From an uncultured delta proteobacterium (lineage in GTDB: Bacteria > Desulfobacterota > Binatia > UBA9968), in the NCBI GenBank assembly GCA_963760795.1, contig CAVXEP010000009.1:1-64000 (forward strand): 64,000 nucleotides of DNA. Reading direction: 5' to 3'. The translations under genes and the position numbers were made by a program. This document shows positions 11,501 to 21,559 of the stretch, one piece after another; the stretch's first letter is position 1; the number at the start of each line of letters is the position of its first letter. The notes beneath the pieces are model-generated. The model had not been told where the DNA came from. It saw only the letters and a program-made list of their open reading frames with translations, and ran no database searches.

Positions 11501-14294
11501 CGATATCGTTGTCGTTGGCTAATACGCCGCGAGCCAGGACATCCAGCGAAGTATCTTCGTCGGTATTGTAAACGTCATTGGTTGCCACCGGTGCGTCGTT
11601 GACCGGGTTAACCGCGATCGTCACCGTCGCTTCATTGCTGTCGGTGCTACCGTCTTTAACTTTGTAGGTAAACGTATCGGTGCCGTTATAGTTAGCCGCC
11701 GGGGTGTAACTGAACGAACCATCGGGATTGAAGGTGAAGGACGCCGGGTGGCTGGGTGCTGAGACCAGAACCGCGCTTAAGTTCGCGGCCGGGGTATCGA
11801 TATCATTGTCATTGCCCAAGACTCCGGGCGCACCCGTGCTGAGCACCGTATCCTCATTGGTATTGTAAAAATCAGCGCTGGCCACCGGGGCATCGTTGAT
11901 GACATTGACGACCATGGAAATCGTCGCAGCATTGGAATCCACAGCGCCGTCGTTGACCCTGAATGTAAAACTATCCGAACCACCGGAGTTGGCGCCGGGG
12001 GTGTACGTGACCGTGGCGGTGCAGTTTGTTCCTGGCGTGCCGGTGTTATTGGGCACAGCGGTACATGAGGGCGCACCGATAGCGCTGAGGGAGCCGTTGC
12101 TCGGACTGATGACGATGCTGAATGTTAGGCCATTACTATCGAAGTCGGTACCACTCAGTGTAATGAGAATCGGGTTGTCTTCGTTGGTCTGCGCGGTGCC
12201 GTTGCTGGCGACTGGCGCATCATTGACTGGCAGGACGGCGAGCGAAACCGTGGCGACGGTGGAGTCAAAGGCGCCATCGTTGGCTTTAAAAGCGAAGTTG
12301 TCCTGGCCGTTGTAGTTGGCCGCGGGAGTATAAATCACCGTCACGGTGCAATTTGACCCCGCGCCGCTAGCGACGCAATTTGGCGATGAAACAGCGCCGA
12401 GTGCGCCGTTGGTTGGAGCGGTAACGACACTGAAGCTTAAGCTCGAGCTGTCCACGTCGCTCGCTGCGAGCGTGATAACTACCGGCACGTCTTCGTTGGT
12501 GGATACAGTGGCGCCGTTGGCGGTCGGCGCGTCAGCGACAGACACCACCGTAATCGAGGCGGTGTTTACGTTGCTGGTGGCGAGGCCGTCACTGACCGCG
12601 AATATGAAGCTGTCCGCGCCATTGAAGTTGGCCGCCGGGGTGTAGGTAACGCTGCCGGTGCAATTCCCGCTCGAACAGGTGAGCGTGCCGCTGTTGGCAT
12701 TGAGCGTGCCGTTACTCGGAGCAGCGACGACGTTGAAACTCAAAGTCGCATCGTCGAGATCGATAGCGCTGAGCGTGACACTGACGGGCGTGTCTTCGTT
12801 GGTGGTTGCGCTAACATTGTTGGCGGTCGGTGGGTGGTTGATGGCGGTAACGGTCACCGTGGCTGGCGCGCTATTGAATTGCCCGTCGTTGACTATCAAC
12901 CGAAGGATATAATCGCCTATGACCAGCGGCGTGAATGTCGGATTAGCTGTGTTGGCGCCGGTGAGCGTGATGTTACTGCCGCCGGCCTGGGAGACAATCG
13001 TCCAGAGAAATCCCAGCGGCGCGCCTTCGGGATCGCTGCTCTGAGTACCGTTGAGTGTAACGAGCTGGCCCGTCGGCACGGTCTTAATGGCACCAGCGTT
13101 GGCCACCGGCGGTGCGTTGGGATACTCGAAAGCGCCGGCATCGAAAGCTGGAACACGGTCCGCGTTACCATCGGCAGGGCGAATACCCTCGATCACGAAG
13201 TCGGCCTGAAATATTGGGTTGTAAGAGGGATTGAAGCCAAGCGTGCGCGGGTCCATGCCGACGTCGCTGGCGAGCGAATTGGGCTTGAGATTAAAATCAT
13301 CGTCCGCCGTGTTGGGTTGGTTGTCCGGGCCGTTCTTGTTGCCGAATAGATTTGCCGGCAGCTCGCATCCCGGTAGCGGTCCGACACCCGCACCTTCAAT
13401 TCCCAAAGACGTGAAGTTGCTGGAATCCGTCGCGTCGAGTACTTGACTGGAAATCTGTCCCTGTGTGTTGCCACAGACAAGATTGTTTAACAGTTTGATC
13501 CCCGCGGGCTGCGGAGTGTTGGAACTCTCTCTCCTCACGCCAAACCGGCCGCCGGTAGTTCCCGACGCCGTGCCGTTGCCGTTGATGATGTTGTTGGCGA
13601 GTATGACTACGTGGGTGCGCGCGACATCTATACCGTTCCACTGGTTGCCATAGATCGTATTGGCGATGACGTAATGCGGCCCGCCATCGGCATCGATGAA
13701 ACTAATAGCATTTCGCCCGTTCGCGTAGATTAGATTGTTGACGATCAACGTGCCGGGGTTGCCGCGATTGACCGTGATGCCGCCGTCGCACGAGCTGCCG
13801 CCGTTGGCGAAAATACGGTTGAGCTCGATGTGAACGTCTTGATTCTGATTGTTGCCGCCGAGTAGCGAGATCGCTTGACCGCCGGTGCCGGTAATCGTCA
13901 GACCGCGGATGGTAATGAACTTAGACTGTTGTACGCGGATAGCATAATTCCCCGTACAAGTGCCGGGCACACCGGTTAATTTGACCTGCCCTGGATTCGT
14001 AGCGGGGTCGGCCTCGATGATGATGCGGTCGACCTCGCTGGCTCCAGGAAAATTGTTTCTCCCGGTAATCGAAAGCTGTTCGGGATAGGTGCCAGCCTGG
14101 ATTTGAACGAAGTCGCCGGGACCGGCCCCGTTGATCGCGGCTTGAATCGTACTGAAACACGGAGACTGGCCGTTGCAAGTGGGATCGGTGCGGTTGACGT
14201 AGCGAAAGGTCTGAGCTTGCGCTGTACTTATATTGAGACCGAGAAGAATGAACAGAGACAGGGAAAGCACAGTAAACCGTTCATGTTTAACCAT
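2600..14294 (-). CDS. Giant secreted Rhs/YD-repeat (teneurin-like) protein, ~3800-3900 aa, split by frameshifts
   Basis: Abutting ORFs 8682-14294, 6152-8653, 5593-6132, 3906-5672, 3674-3997 and 2806-3786. Signal peptide ending AQA, beta-helix, PKD, cadherin-like repeats, carboxypeptidase-regulatory-like domain, YD repeats, Rhs core ..YYRIRYYD..GRFISEDP..NPIGRVDPYGL. 3' end approximate. Confidence 0.85.
4720..7260 (-). repeat. Three ~0.9-kb (~298 aa) glycine-rich modules within the Rhs gene
   Basis: RIDV.G.GFL.GGR.GNPS.TNGMT.GF..GSGGGG..GNGGGLARI.A..GGSGGGIRIDVG..GGGGGGGGR.A.YY three times. DNA period ~893-895 bp (e.g. cagccaagaagcctcgaccact at 6126 and 7021). Confidence 0.9.
10700..12840 (-). 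repeat. About seven tandem cadherin-like/Big_9 (~100 aa) repeats
   Basis: Repeated N[DH][AP]P.A..T.ED..YTP..N[FY]NG.D.F.[FY]..SDG units. Confidence 0.85.
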
Positions 14295-14510
14295 CGCTGA
14301 CTCCTTGCTGAAACAGACGATCGGACGTTTGAGGAAAAGAAAAAGGAGTCAGGAGTCTTTTTTCTGGACGAAAGCGGCGCGGACCGAAGCAAATCGCAGC
14401 CACCTAAGACAAACCCTGAACACTTTCAAAACGAGGAATCCACGCCGCCAATTGCGGCATGGCGGAAGAATTTACCGCTTCGTCGAAACTGCCGCGCTTG
14501 ACGAAACACA

Positions 14511-14526
14511 ACCAAGGATCGTGCCA
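14511..14526 (-). promoter_or_regulatory. Possible sigma54 promoter upstream of the giant Rhs gene
   Basis: TGGCAC-GATCC-TTGGT: perfect -24 box, one mismatch at -12. Confidence 0.4.
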
Positions 14527-14647
14527 GCACCGTTACGAGGCTAAACACCGAAATAAGTTTGAGCTATTGTCAGAGAAAGACCGTTGGGCTCCAATTTCTT
14601 GACGGGTCAGATTGGATCAGCGATGCGATCGAAGATCGCGCCGCGGC

Positions 14648-15145
14648 TTACAAGGCACGCTGCTCGACCTTCGCCTGAAGCTTTTCGTAGGCTTTGAGCA
14701 GATCGGTGGAAGTCAGAATGCCGGCGACCCGGCCGTCGGGTCCGATCACCGGTAAGCAGTTGACGCGCTTTTCGAGCATCAAGCGCACCGCAGCGGAAAT
14801 CGCGCTCTCGGGCGTGGTCGTGATCGAATCGGGGTTCATGATCTCGGCCACGCTCTTCTTGCTCCAGTCCGGCGTGCGCGACAGCGCGCGCAGCACGTCG
14901 CGATCGGAAATCACGCCGTGAAGGCGTTCGTCCTCATCGACGACCAGCATATGATGGAAGGAGCGGGTCGCCATCATGCCGACCACCTCGGCGAAACTTT
15001 GATCGGGCAGCATGGTCCGGACGTCTTTGGTCATGATGTCGCCCACCTGTCCAGGAGCGTTTATCGAAACTTGCAGAGTTATTGGCATTTGAGTTTGTGT
15101 ACTTGTCGTTTTATCCACGGCTATTCTCCCTCCTTGGCGTTCCAC
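14648..15145 (-). CDS. CBS-domain pair protein
   Basis: VGDIMT..GVISDRDVLR..VAEIMN..CLPVI..GILTSTDLL. Confidence 0.9.
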   Translation of the reverse strand: MERQGGRIAVDKTTSTQTQMPITLQVSINAPGQVGDIMTKDVRTMLPDQSFAEVVGMMATRSFHHMLVVDEDERLHGVISDRDVLRALSRTPDWSKKSVAEIMNPDSITTTPESAISAAVRLMLEKRVNCLPVIGPDGRVAGILTSTDLLKAYEKLQAKVEQRAL

Positions 15146-15167
15146 TCACGGAAATATCTTTGTTCGA

Positions 15168-15527
15168 CTACTCCTGGAGCGTCGCCGCGTTAAACGGCTT
15201 GGCGATGAAATTGCTAACCCCGGCCTGGACCGCTTCGACGATGTTGTCCTGTTTGGCTTCCGCCGTCATCATCAGCACCGGCGTGGTCTTCAAGCCGTCG
15301 ACGGCGCGGATCGCCTTCAACAGCTCGATCTCGGCCATCCCCGGCATGTTCCAGTCGGAGACCACCAGGTCGGCTTTTTTCTTTTTCAGTTCGGCCAACG
15401 CCAACTGACGGTTTCCCGCTACGCGCATGTATTTCATACCGAGATCCTTCAACAAACCGCGCACGACGCGACGCATCGCCGAAGCGTCGTCGGCGATCAA
15501 CACGTCCATATCAGGATCAACAGCCAT
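15168..15527 (-). CDS. cheY: CheY-like response regulator (C-terminus possibly damaged)
   Basis: LIADD, SDWNMPGM, MMTAEA, AKPF. Early stop, with KIFP in a neighbouring frame. Confidence 0.75.
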   Translation of the reverse strand: MAVDPDMDVLIADDASAMRRVVRGLLKDLGMKYMRVAGNRQLALAELKKKKADLVVSDWNMPGMAEIELLKAIRAVDGLKTTPVLMMTAEAKQDNIVEAVQAGVSNFIAKPFNAATLQE

Positions 15528-15625
15528 TTCGATTCTCTTTCAGTCTTCCGTCGTTTTAACTGTGTAATCGATCGTGGATCGCCAGGGTGGCGGGCGTTTA
15601 ACAAATCACTCGGTGCACTTTAAAT

Positions 15626-15652
15626 TCATCGGAAAGATAAGCCGGTTCTTTA
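15626..15652 (-). promoter_or_regulatory. sigma28 (FliA)-type promoter for cheY-CBS
   Basis: TAAA-N15-TCCGATGA versus consensus TAAA-N15-GCCGATAA, about 100 bp upstream of cheY. Confidence 0.7.
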
Positions 15653-15736
15653 ACCGAAATTCACCGGCGGCGAGGTTAAACCGAGATCCCTCCTGGCATT
15701 TGAGCGGACACTGGACGACTCAACCTTACCGGGCAC

Positions 15737-15769
15737 AAAAAAAGGGCGGGAACCGAAAGGCTCCCGCCC
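15737..15769 (-). terminator. Rho-independent terminator after flgE
   Basis: GGGCGGGAGCC-TTTC-GGTTCCCGCCC followed by T7. Confidence 0.9.
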
Positions 15770-15805
15770 AGAAATAAAATGATAATCGTCGTCAGGCGTC
15801 GTCGA

Positions 15806-17101
15806 TTATCGTTTCAGGTTGGACACTTCCTCCAGTAGTGAATCGGTCACCGTGATGGTTCGCGACGAGGCTTGAAACGCCCGCTGGGTGGTCACCATCT
15901 TGACGAACTCAGTGGCCAAATCGACGGTTGAAAGTTCCAGCGAGCCGGACAGGACGGTACCGAAACTGCCGTCGCCGGGATTGCCGGCGAGCGCCTGGCC
16001 GGACTCGGGTGACTGGAGGTATAGCGAATTACCGATATGAGCGAGCCCCTGGGGGTTGGCGAAGTCGGCTAAAGCGATGCGAAACAGCGGCTGGTTGCCG
16101 CCGGAAGTGAACTGCCCGGTGATAATCCCGTCGGTGCCGATGTTAATACCTTTGAGAATGCCTGATTGCGCGCCGTTCTGATGGACTTGGGTCACCGAGG
16201 ACGGCACGGCAAATTGGGTCGTGCCGGTGAAGTCCATATCGGCCGCGGCGACGGTTTGCGGGTTGGCGCCGTTACCCCAGGCGATCGCACTGACGGCGGT
16301 GATGTTAGAGTTCGCCGTGTCCAGCGAACCGTCGGGGTTGAAAGCGATTAAACCGCCGGCGGCGTTAATCTGCTGTAGCTCGCCGGCGGTGCCGCCGGTA
16401 ATTTCACTGGCGTTGGCGACTACGCGATAGTCCCATTCGTTTGCCGTAGCGGTCTTGCTAAACAGATAAGTCAGGTCATGCCCCTGGCCAAGCGAATCGT
16501 AAATGGTCACGACGGTGGAGAAGGTCGCCCCGGCGAACCAATTGCCGGCGGTGTCCTCGGTGCCGGCCGCATCTGCCGGTAGCGCCGCGGTCGGCACCGG
16601 CCTGGTGGCGTCGAGATTGAGGGAGAGATCGATCTCGGTGGTTTCCTCCGGCGAGACCACCAACTGACTGATGACGATATTGGTAAGGCCGCTGATCGGA
16701 TTGCCACTGGCGTCCAATTGGGTTCCCTGGACCCTCAGACCGCCGGGATTGACGAGATTGCCGTCCTTGTCGACGCTGAATTGTCCGGCGCGGCTGAAAA
16801 ACGTTCCGCCTTGGGGTTCGCGCAGAATGAACAGCCCCTTGCCTTGAACCGCCAGATCGGTGGTGCTGTTGGTGGTCTCCACGCCGCCCTGGACAAAAAG
16901 CCGGTCGGAAGTCGCCAAGCGCGATCCCAGACCGATCTTGGTGCCGCCGACATCGGCGCTCAAGAGATCGAAAAACACCGCGCGGCTCGATTTGAAACCG
17001 ATCGTATTGGCGTTGGCGATGTTGTCACCGATGATATTCATCGCGTTACCGTTGCTGTTGATGCCGCTGACGCCCGCGAACAATGCTCCTGTTAATGCCA
17101 T
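15806..17101 (-). CDS. flgE: Flagellar hook protein FlgE (copy 1)
   Basis: IIGDNIANANTIGFK..RAGQF..GSLELSTVDLATEFVKMVTTQRAFQASSRTI. Confidence 0.95.
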   Translation of the reverse strand: MALTGALFAGVSGINSNGNAMNIIGDNIANANTIGFKSSRAVFFDLLSADVGGTKIGLGSRLATSDRLFVQGGVETTNSTTDLAVQGKGLFILREPQGGTFFSRAGQFSVDKDGNLVNPGGLRVQGTQLDASGNPISGLTNIVISQLVVSPEETTEIDLSLNLDATRPVPTAALPADAAGTEDTAGNWFAGATFSTVVTIYDSLGQGHDLTYLFSKTATANEWDYRVVANASEITGGTAGELQQINAAGGLIAFNPDGSLDTANSNITAVSAIAWGNGANPQTVAAADMDFTGTTQFAVPSSVTQVHQNGAQSGILKGINIGTDGIITGQFTSGGNQPLFRIALADFANPQGLAHIGNSLYLQSPESGQALAGNPGDGSFGTVLSGSLELSTVDLATEFVKMVTTQRAFQASSRTITVTDSLLEEVSNLKR

Positions 17102-17192
17102 GAAAAACCTCCGTTAATGATATGTAGAATTTATATTGCTGCCCAAGATTTTAGGTGCCGGTTACTTGACCCCGTGCGCTTTTTGCGTCGAT

Positions 17193-18450
17193 TTAGCCTT
17201 TCAGCTCCGCCGCTATGCTGTACATTTGATCGGCGGTGGTGATCACCCGTGAATTGACCTGAAACGCCCGCTGCAAGCTGATCAGCGAAACAAACTCCCG
17301 CGCCAGCTCAACAGTCGATAGCTCGAGGCTGCCCGCCACCAGGCTGCCAAAGCCATTCTGACTGGGAGTACCGGCTTGCGCGGCGCCGGATTCGAAGTTC
17401 GGGGCGAACAGCGTATTGCCGAGCGGATCGAGATCGTCAACGTTGTTGAAGTTAGCCATGGTGATTGACGCGAGCTGCTGCGTGAGACCATTGGTAAATT
17501 GGCCATTGACGTTTCCTTGCGAGTCGACGGTCACCGCATTCATAGTACCGGCGGCGTAACCGTCCTGGTTGAACCCAAAAAGAAACGATGGCTGAGCGAA
17601 TTGCACGGTACCGGCAAAATCGATGGCGCCGGCAGGAATCGTTTGGGCCGCCCCATTGGTCCAGTTGAGTCCGTTAATGTCGCCGATCGTACTGGCGGCG
17701 CCATTGAGCTGCCCGGTGGCAGTAAAAACCAGCGTCCCCGGCGTACCCACTTGGCGCAGATCGGTGCTTGACGGCGTCGTGCCATCGAGTTCGCTGCGCG
17801 GCGCCACCACCTGGTAGTCCCAGGTATTGGGCGCGCTCAGACGAAACAGGAAAGTCAGATCATGGCTGGCGCCCTGACTGTCGTAGATCGTCGCCACCGT
17901 GGAGAAATTGCTTGACCGCGACCCATTGGGCGGGACTGGCATCGGGCCCCGCTGGAAATGGCGTACTCGGGGTGGTCGCCGACGCATCGAGATTGAGTTG
18001 CATGGCGAGATTGCCGGTGGCCTGCGCCGGGATCGCGAGCGCGCTATTGATAACGATATCGCCGGCAGAGCCTTGAAGAATCTGCCCGCCCGGATTGACC
18101 ATCTGGCCGGCGCTGTCGAGGTGGAACTCGCCGGCACGCGTATAGCGCAGGCTATTTGACAGCGGGTCGCGCACGACGAAAAAACCGTTGCCGGAAATCG
18201 CCAGGTCCAACGCCCCATTGGTGGTTTCGAGGGCACCCTGTTGGAACGGCTTGCCGACATCGGCCAAGCGCGCGCCATTGCCAGTTTCGATTTCACCCCA
18301 CACCGTCGGCATGACATCGTCGAAGCTGAAGCGGCTGGATCTGAAGCTCACGGTATTGAGATTGGCGATATTGTCGCCGGTGATCTGCATGGCGTTACTG
18401 AACATCTCCATGGCGTTGCCGGCGACTAGCATGGGTCCGAGAATCGACAT
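17193..18450 (-). CDS. flgE: Flagellar hook protein FlgE-like (copy 2, frameshift near 17915)
   Basis: GDNIANLNTVSFR..YTRAGEF in one ORF and GSLELSTVELAREFVSLISLQRAFQVNSR in the next. Confidence 0.85.
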
Positions 18451-18463
18451 CGAATTTCCTCCG

Positions 18464-19129
18464 TTAGCGTGACGCCCGCACCGCGATGACGCTGCTGAGC
18501 GGCACATCGACACCGTTCACTTCCAACACCGGCTCGGTGCCGTCGAGCCGCACACCGGTAACCAGGCCCTGGAGTTTGCCGGATGCGGCAATCTTCTTGC
18601 CATTGACATCGACAGCATTGATGTCGAACCCGTAAACGCCCGGGCGCACGCTTTTGCCGGCGCTGTCTTTGCCGTCCCACACCAGGGTTTGCTCGCCGGC
18701 GTTGCGCGCGCCGGCATCGATACGGCGGACGATCTCGCCATTGGCGTCAAACACGCTGACCACCACCTTGGCCGCGTTGGCGCCCAACTGATAGCCGATG
18801 TTGGACGCTGCGCCGGCGCTGACGCCGACTTGATTGCCGGCGGAGGTGATCTGCTTGCCGATCAAGGAAGCCGCATTGTACTGATTCATCGAGCCTTGGC
18901 CATTGTTCATCGCGCCGAGCTTCTCGTTGATCTCGATCAACTGGCCGAGACTGTTGAAGGTCGCCAACTGCGCCGCGAATTCTTGATTGTCCATCGGCTG
19001 CAGCGGATCTTGATTCTGTAATTGCGTGATCAAGAGCTTGAGAAAATCGTCCTGGCTAGCGACCTGGTTCTTGAGCGGATTCGTCGCTGTGCTTGCAGCC
19101 GCGGCGGCGTTGACATTTTGTACGGCCAT
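18464..19129 (-). CDS. flgD: Flagellar hook capping protein
   Basis: DDFLKLLITQLQNQDPLQPMDN..WDGKD. Confidence 0.95.
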   Translation of the reverse strand: MAVQNVNAAAAASTATNPLKNQVASQDDFLKLLITQLQNQDPLQPMDNQEFAAQLATFNSLGQLIEINEKLGAMNNGQGSMNQYNAASLIGKQITSAGNQVGVSAGAASNIGYQLGANAAKVVVSVFDANGEIVRRIDAGARNAGEQTLVWDGKDSAGKSVRPGVYGFDINAVDVNGKKIAASGKLQGLVTGVRLDGTEPVLEVNGVDVPLSSVIAVRASR

Positions 19130-19155
19130 GATCGATCCTTATAGTTATAGATTTT

Positions 19156-20941
19156 CTACGCCCACATGCTGACGCGCCCATCGGCGCTAGGCGGCGAAGG
19201 TTGTGCCGATGATTCTGTGATCGCCTCGTCAGCGACCCCGAAGCTAACCACGTCACGAGGAGATTCCTGGCGCCCTTGCGGCGATTGGTTAAAGTCTTGC
19301 GCCAGCGCGCCGCCAGGGTTCCATTCGCCCTGGCTCACCCGCACTGCGCCGACGTCAATTTGGCCGGCGCGCAGAGCCTGGTGCAACTCGGGCAAATGAT
19401 GCTCAATCAGCGCTTGCGATTCCTGGCCTTCGGCGGCGATGTCGGACGTGCAGCTGGCCGCCTTCGATGCGCAGATCGATTTTTACCTTGCCCAGTTCGG
19501 GCGGCTCCAATCGCAATACCGCTTGTTGTTCGCCGACGCGAAAATGCTCGCCAATATCCCGCGCCAGCCGCTCCACCACGGGACGCCAGGCTGGCGCCGC
19601 GGTTTCGCCCCGGTCGGAATGATGCACTCGCGCCGGCGCCGCGCCGACAACCATGGACGGATTGGCTGGCGCATCGCCTTCGCGCGGCTGATTTTGCCAA
19701 CCATCCTTGGCGGCGCTGTGCTCGTCGCCCTGCGACGCTGCGGCCATGCCGGTTCGGCTCTTCTCGGCAGCCTGCGTAACCGTGATGCCATCCGCTGCGC
19801 CCGAAGTCGACGGATTCGGCTCGGCATCTATTTCCAGCGGCCGCTCCGTTAACGGTAAACGGCGCATGCCGTCTGACGGTTTCACAACAGTCGTTGCGTT
19901 GGCGATAAAAGAATCGTTGAGAGTTATCGACCCGTGGTCTTCGGTACGCAACGATTGCGCATTGAAGCGATCGCGATCATCCGACCTCGCCGGCGCTTTC
20001 CTTGCGGCAATCGGCGATTCAACTTGCTGCTTGGTCGTCAAGTCATCGTTGGCTTGGTTAAGAGGTGCTAGAGGCTGACTCTCCGTGGCAGTGGCCGTTT
20101 CACTGGCGAGCGAAGTCGGCATATCGACGATCGGCGATCGCGGCACGGCACTGCCATCGAGTCCAGCGGATTTACTGAGAGGCGATGCGTTCTGTCGCAG
20201 GTCAATACTCAGTGCCCTTTTGGCCGAGGCCTCGAACATGGCTGGCAGCCCGACGCCGATCGGCGACTGGGTTAACGTCATCTGCGGCGTCCCAGCCACG
20301 CCAGTCTCGGCTAAATCATTGGCTGGCGGCTCTTCATCGCGCCGCGAGCGGCGCGCCATTGTCACCGGCGCAGAGTCAACGGCATCAGTAGATTGCGTAT
20401 CTCCAGTCGCTTGCGACCTCGCAACGCCAGCAGCCCCTTGGCTTGTCTCAATCACTGGCCCGGCAAAGGTCGGCGTGGTAGCGACGAATTCGGCAATCGT
20501 AAAACCGGACAGTTCGCTGGTTGGCAGCTCCGGCAAACCGCCAACACTGAGCGACTTTCCATCTCGCTGGGGTAGCGCTGCGCCGGCAAGGGTCGGCGTG
20601 ATGGCGGCGGATTCGGCGACCGTGAAACCGGATAGTTCGCTGGTTGGCAACTCCGGCAAATCACGAATACTGAGAGATTTTTCGTCTAGGCGAATGACCT
20701 CGGCGCCGATGAGCTCGGCCGGATCGCTTGCCGGCGCTGGCGCTGCTGACGGCAACATGGAGAATGCCGCACTTGTGGCTGAATCTGCCGGCGCGGGCGG
20801 GGCAATTTGAGCCGCTGGCGCCGGCGCCAAAAACATATTGAACAGTTGCGCAAAAACATTGGCCGGTGCGGCTTCATCGGACTCATCCGGTAAACTTGGC
20901 AGCGGCAGCAGAGAAGCAGGTTGGGTATCTTGGACGATCAT
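19156..20941 (-). CDS. fliK: Flagellar hook-length control protein (frameshift near 19440)
   Basis: A/P/S/T-rich linker, LRLEPPELGKVKIDL motif, located between fliJ and flgD. Start uncertain. Confidence 0.85.
20461..20690 (-). repeat. 123-bp (41-aa) tandem duplication inside fliK
   Basis: DEKSLSIRDLPELPTSELSGFTVAESAAITPTLAG / DGKSLSVGGLPELPTSELSGFTIAEFVATTPTFAG, copies at 20461 and 20584. Confidence 0.9.
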
Positions 20942-20957
20942 GCCGGACAGCGACATG

Positions 20958-20973
20958 AGCAAGAGGAGGGCCA
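20958..20973 (-). promoter_or_regulatory. sigma54 promoter for fliK-flgD-flgE
   Basis: TGGCCC-TCCTC-TTGCT with GG-N10-GC spacing. Confidence 0.6.
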
Positions 20974-21096
20974 GAGAGAAAATCGCCGTAAAACCATCGG
21001 CACGGACGGAAAACTCTTTAGCCAAGGCGGTCCACGGAGTACGCCACGGAGAAATGACATCAACGCGACTAGGCAGATTTTGCGCGAACCGGGAAA

Positions 21097-21549
21097 TTAT
21101 TTCCGGCTTGGACCGACAACGAATTTTCGCTGCGCCACTTCGTCAATGAACTTTTGCTCGGCGCCATCCTGTTCGCGGCGGAATTTTTCCGTTTGGTGTT
21201 CGCGCAGCCGCTCCAGAGACTTAACCCCGCGCTGTGCTTCGACGAGCTCGCCGCGCTTGCCGGCGATCGCCGCATCGAGCTTGGTCAACGCCGCGGCTTT
21301 GGCTTTAATACGCTGGTCGATGCGCTGGGAATATTGGCTGGCAAACTGTAAGTCGATGACCGATAGAATCGCGCCGATGGCTGCGCCCTGGGCAGCGTCC
21401 ATCGTCCGGAGTTCCTGTTCCAGGACGGCGATTTCCGCCTCCAGGACATGCTTCGCGTCGTTGAGCGCGTGCAGTTCCCACTCTTTTTCTTCCTTGAAAC
21501 GCTGGCGTAAACGCAACACCGCCTCGAGGCGAAATTTGAATGCGGCCAT
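21097..21549 (-). CDS. fliJ: Flagellar export protein FliJ
   Basis: FKFRLEAVLRLR..EQKFIDE, directly after fliI. Confidence 0.92.
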   Translation of the reverse strand: MAAFKFRLEAVLRLRQRFKEEKEWELHALNDAKHVLEAEIAVLEQELRTMDAAQGAAIGAILSVIDLQFASQYSQRIDQRIKAKAAALTKLDAAIAGKRGELVEAQRGVKSLERLREHQTEKFRREQDGAEQKFIDEVAQRKFVVGPSRK

Positions 21550-21559
21550 AAATTATCGT

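Noticed and set aside
4720-12840. CRISPR array or DGR template/variable repeats
   Set aside because: The repeats are long in-frame protein modules without spacers or adenine-specific variation. No cas or reverse transcriptase genes are present.
14300-14510. c-di-GMP riboswitch in the Rhs leader
   Set aside because: Hairpins are possible but the GEMM consensus (GGCAAAC..GAAA..GGACGCAAAGC) is not visible. An Rfam scan would settle it.
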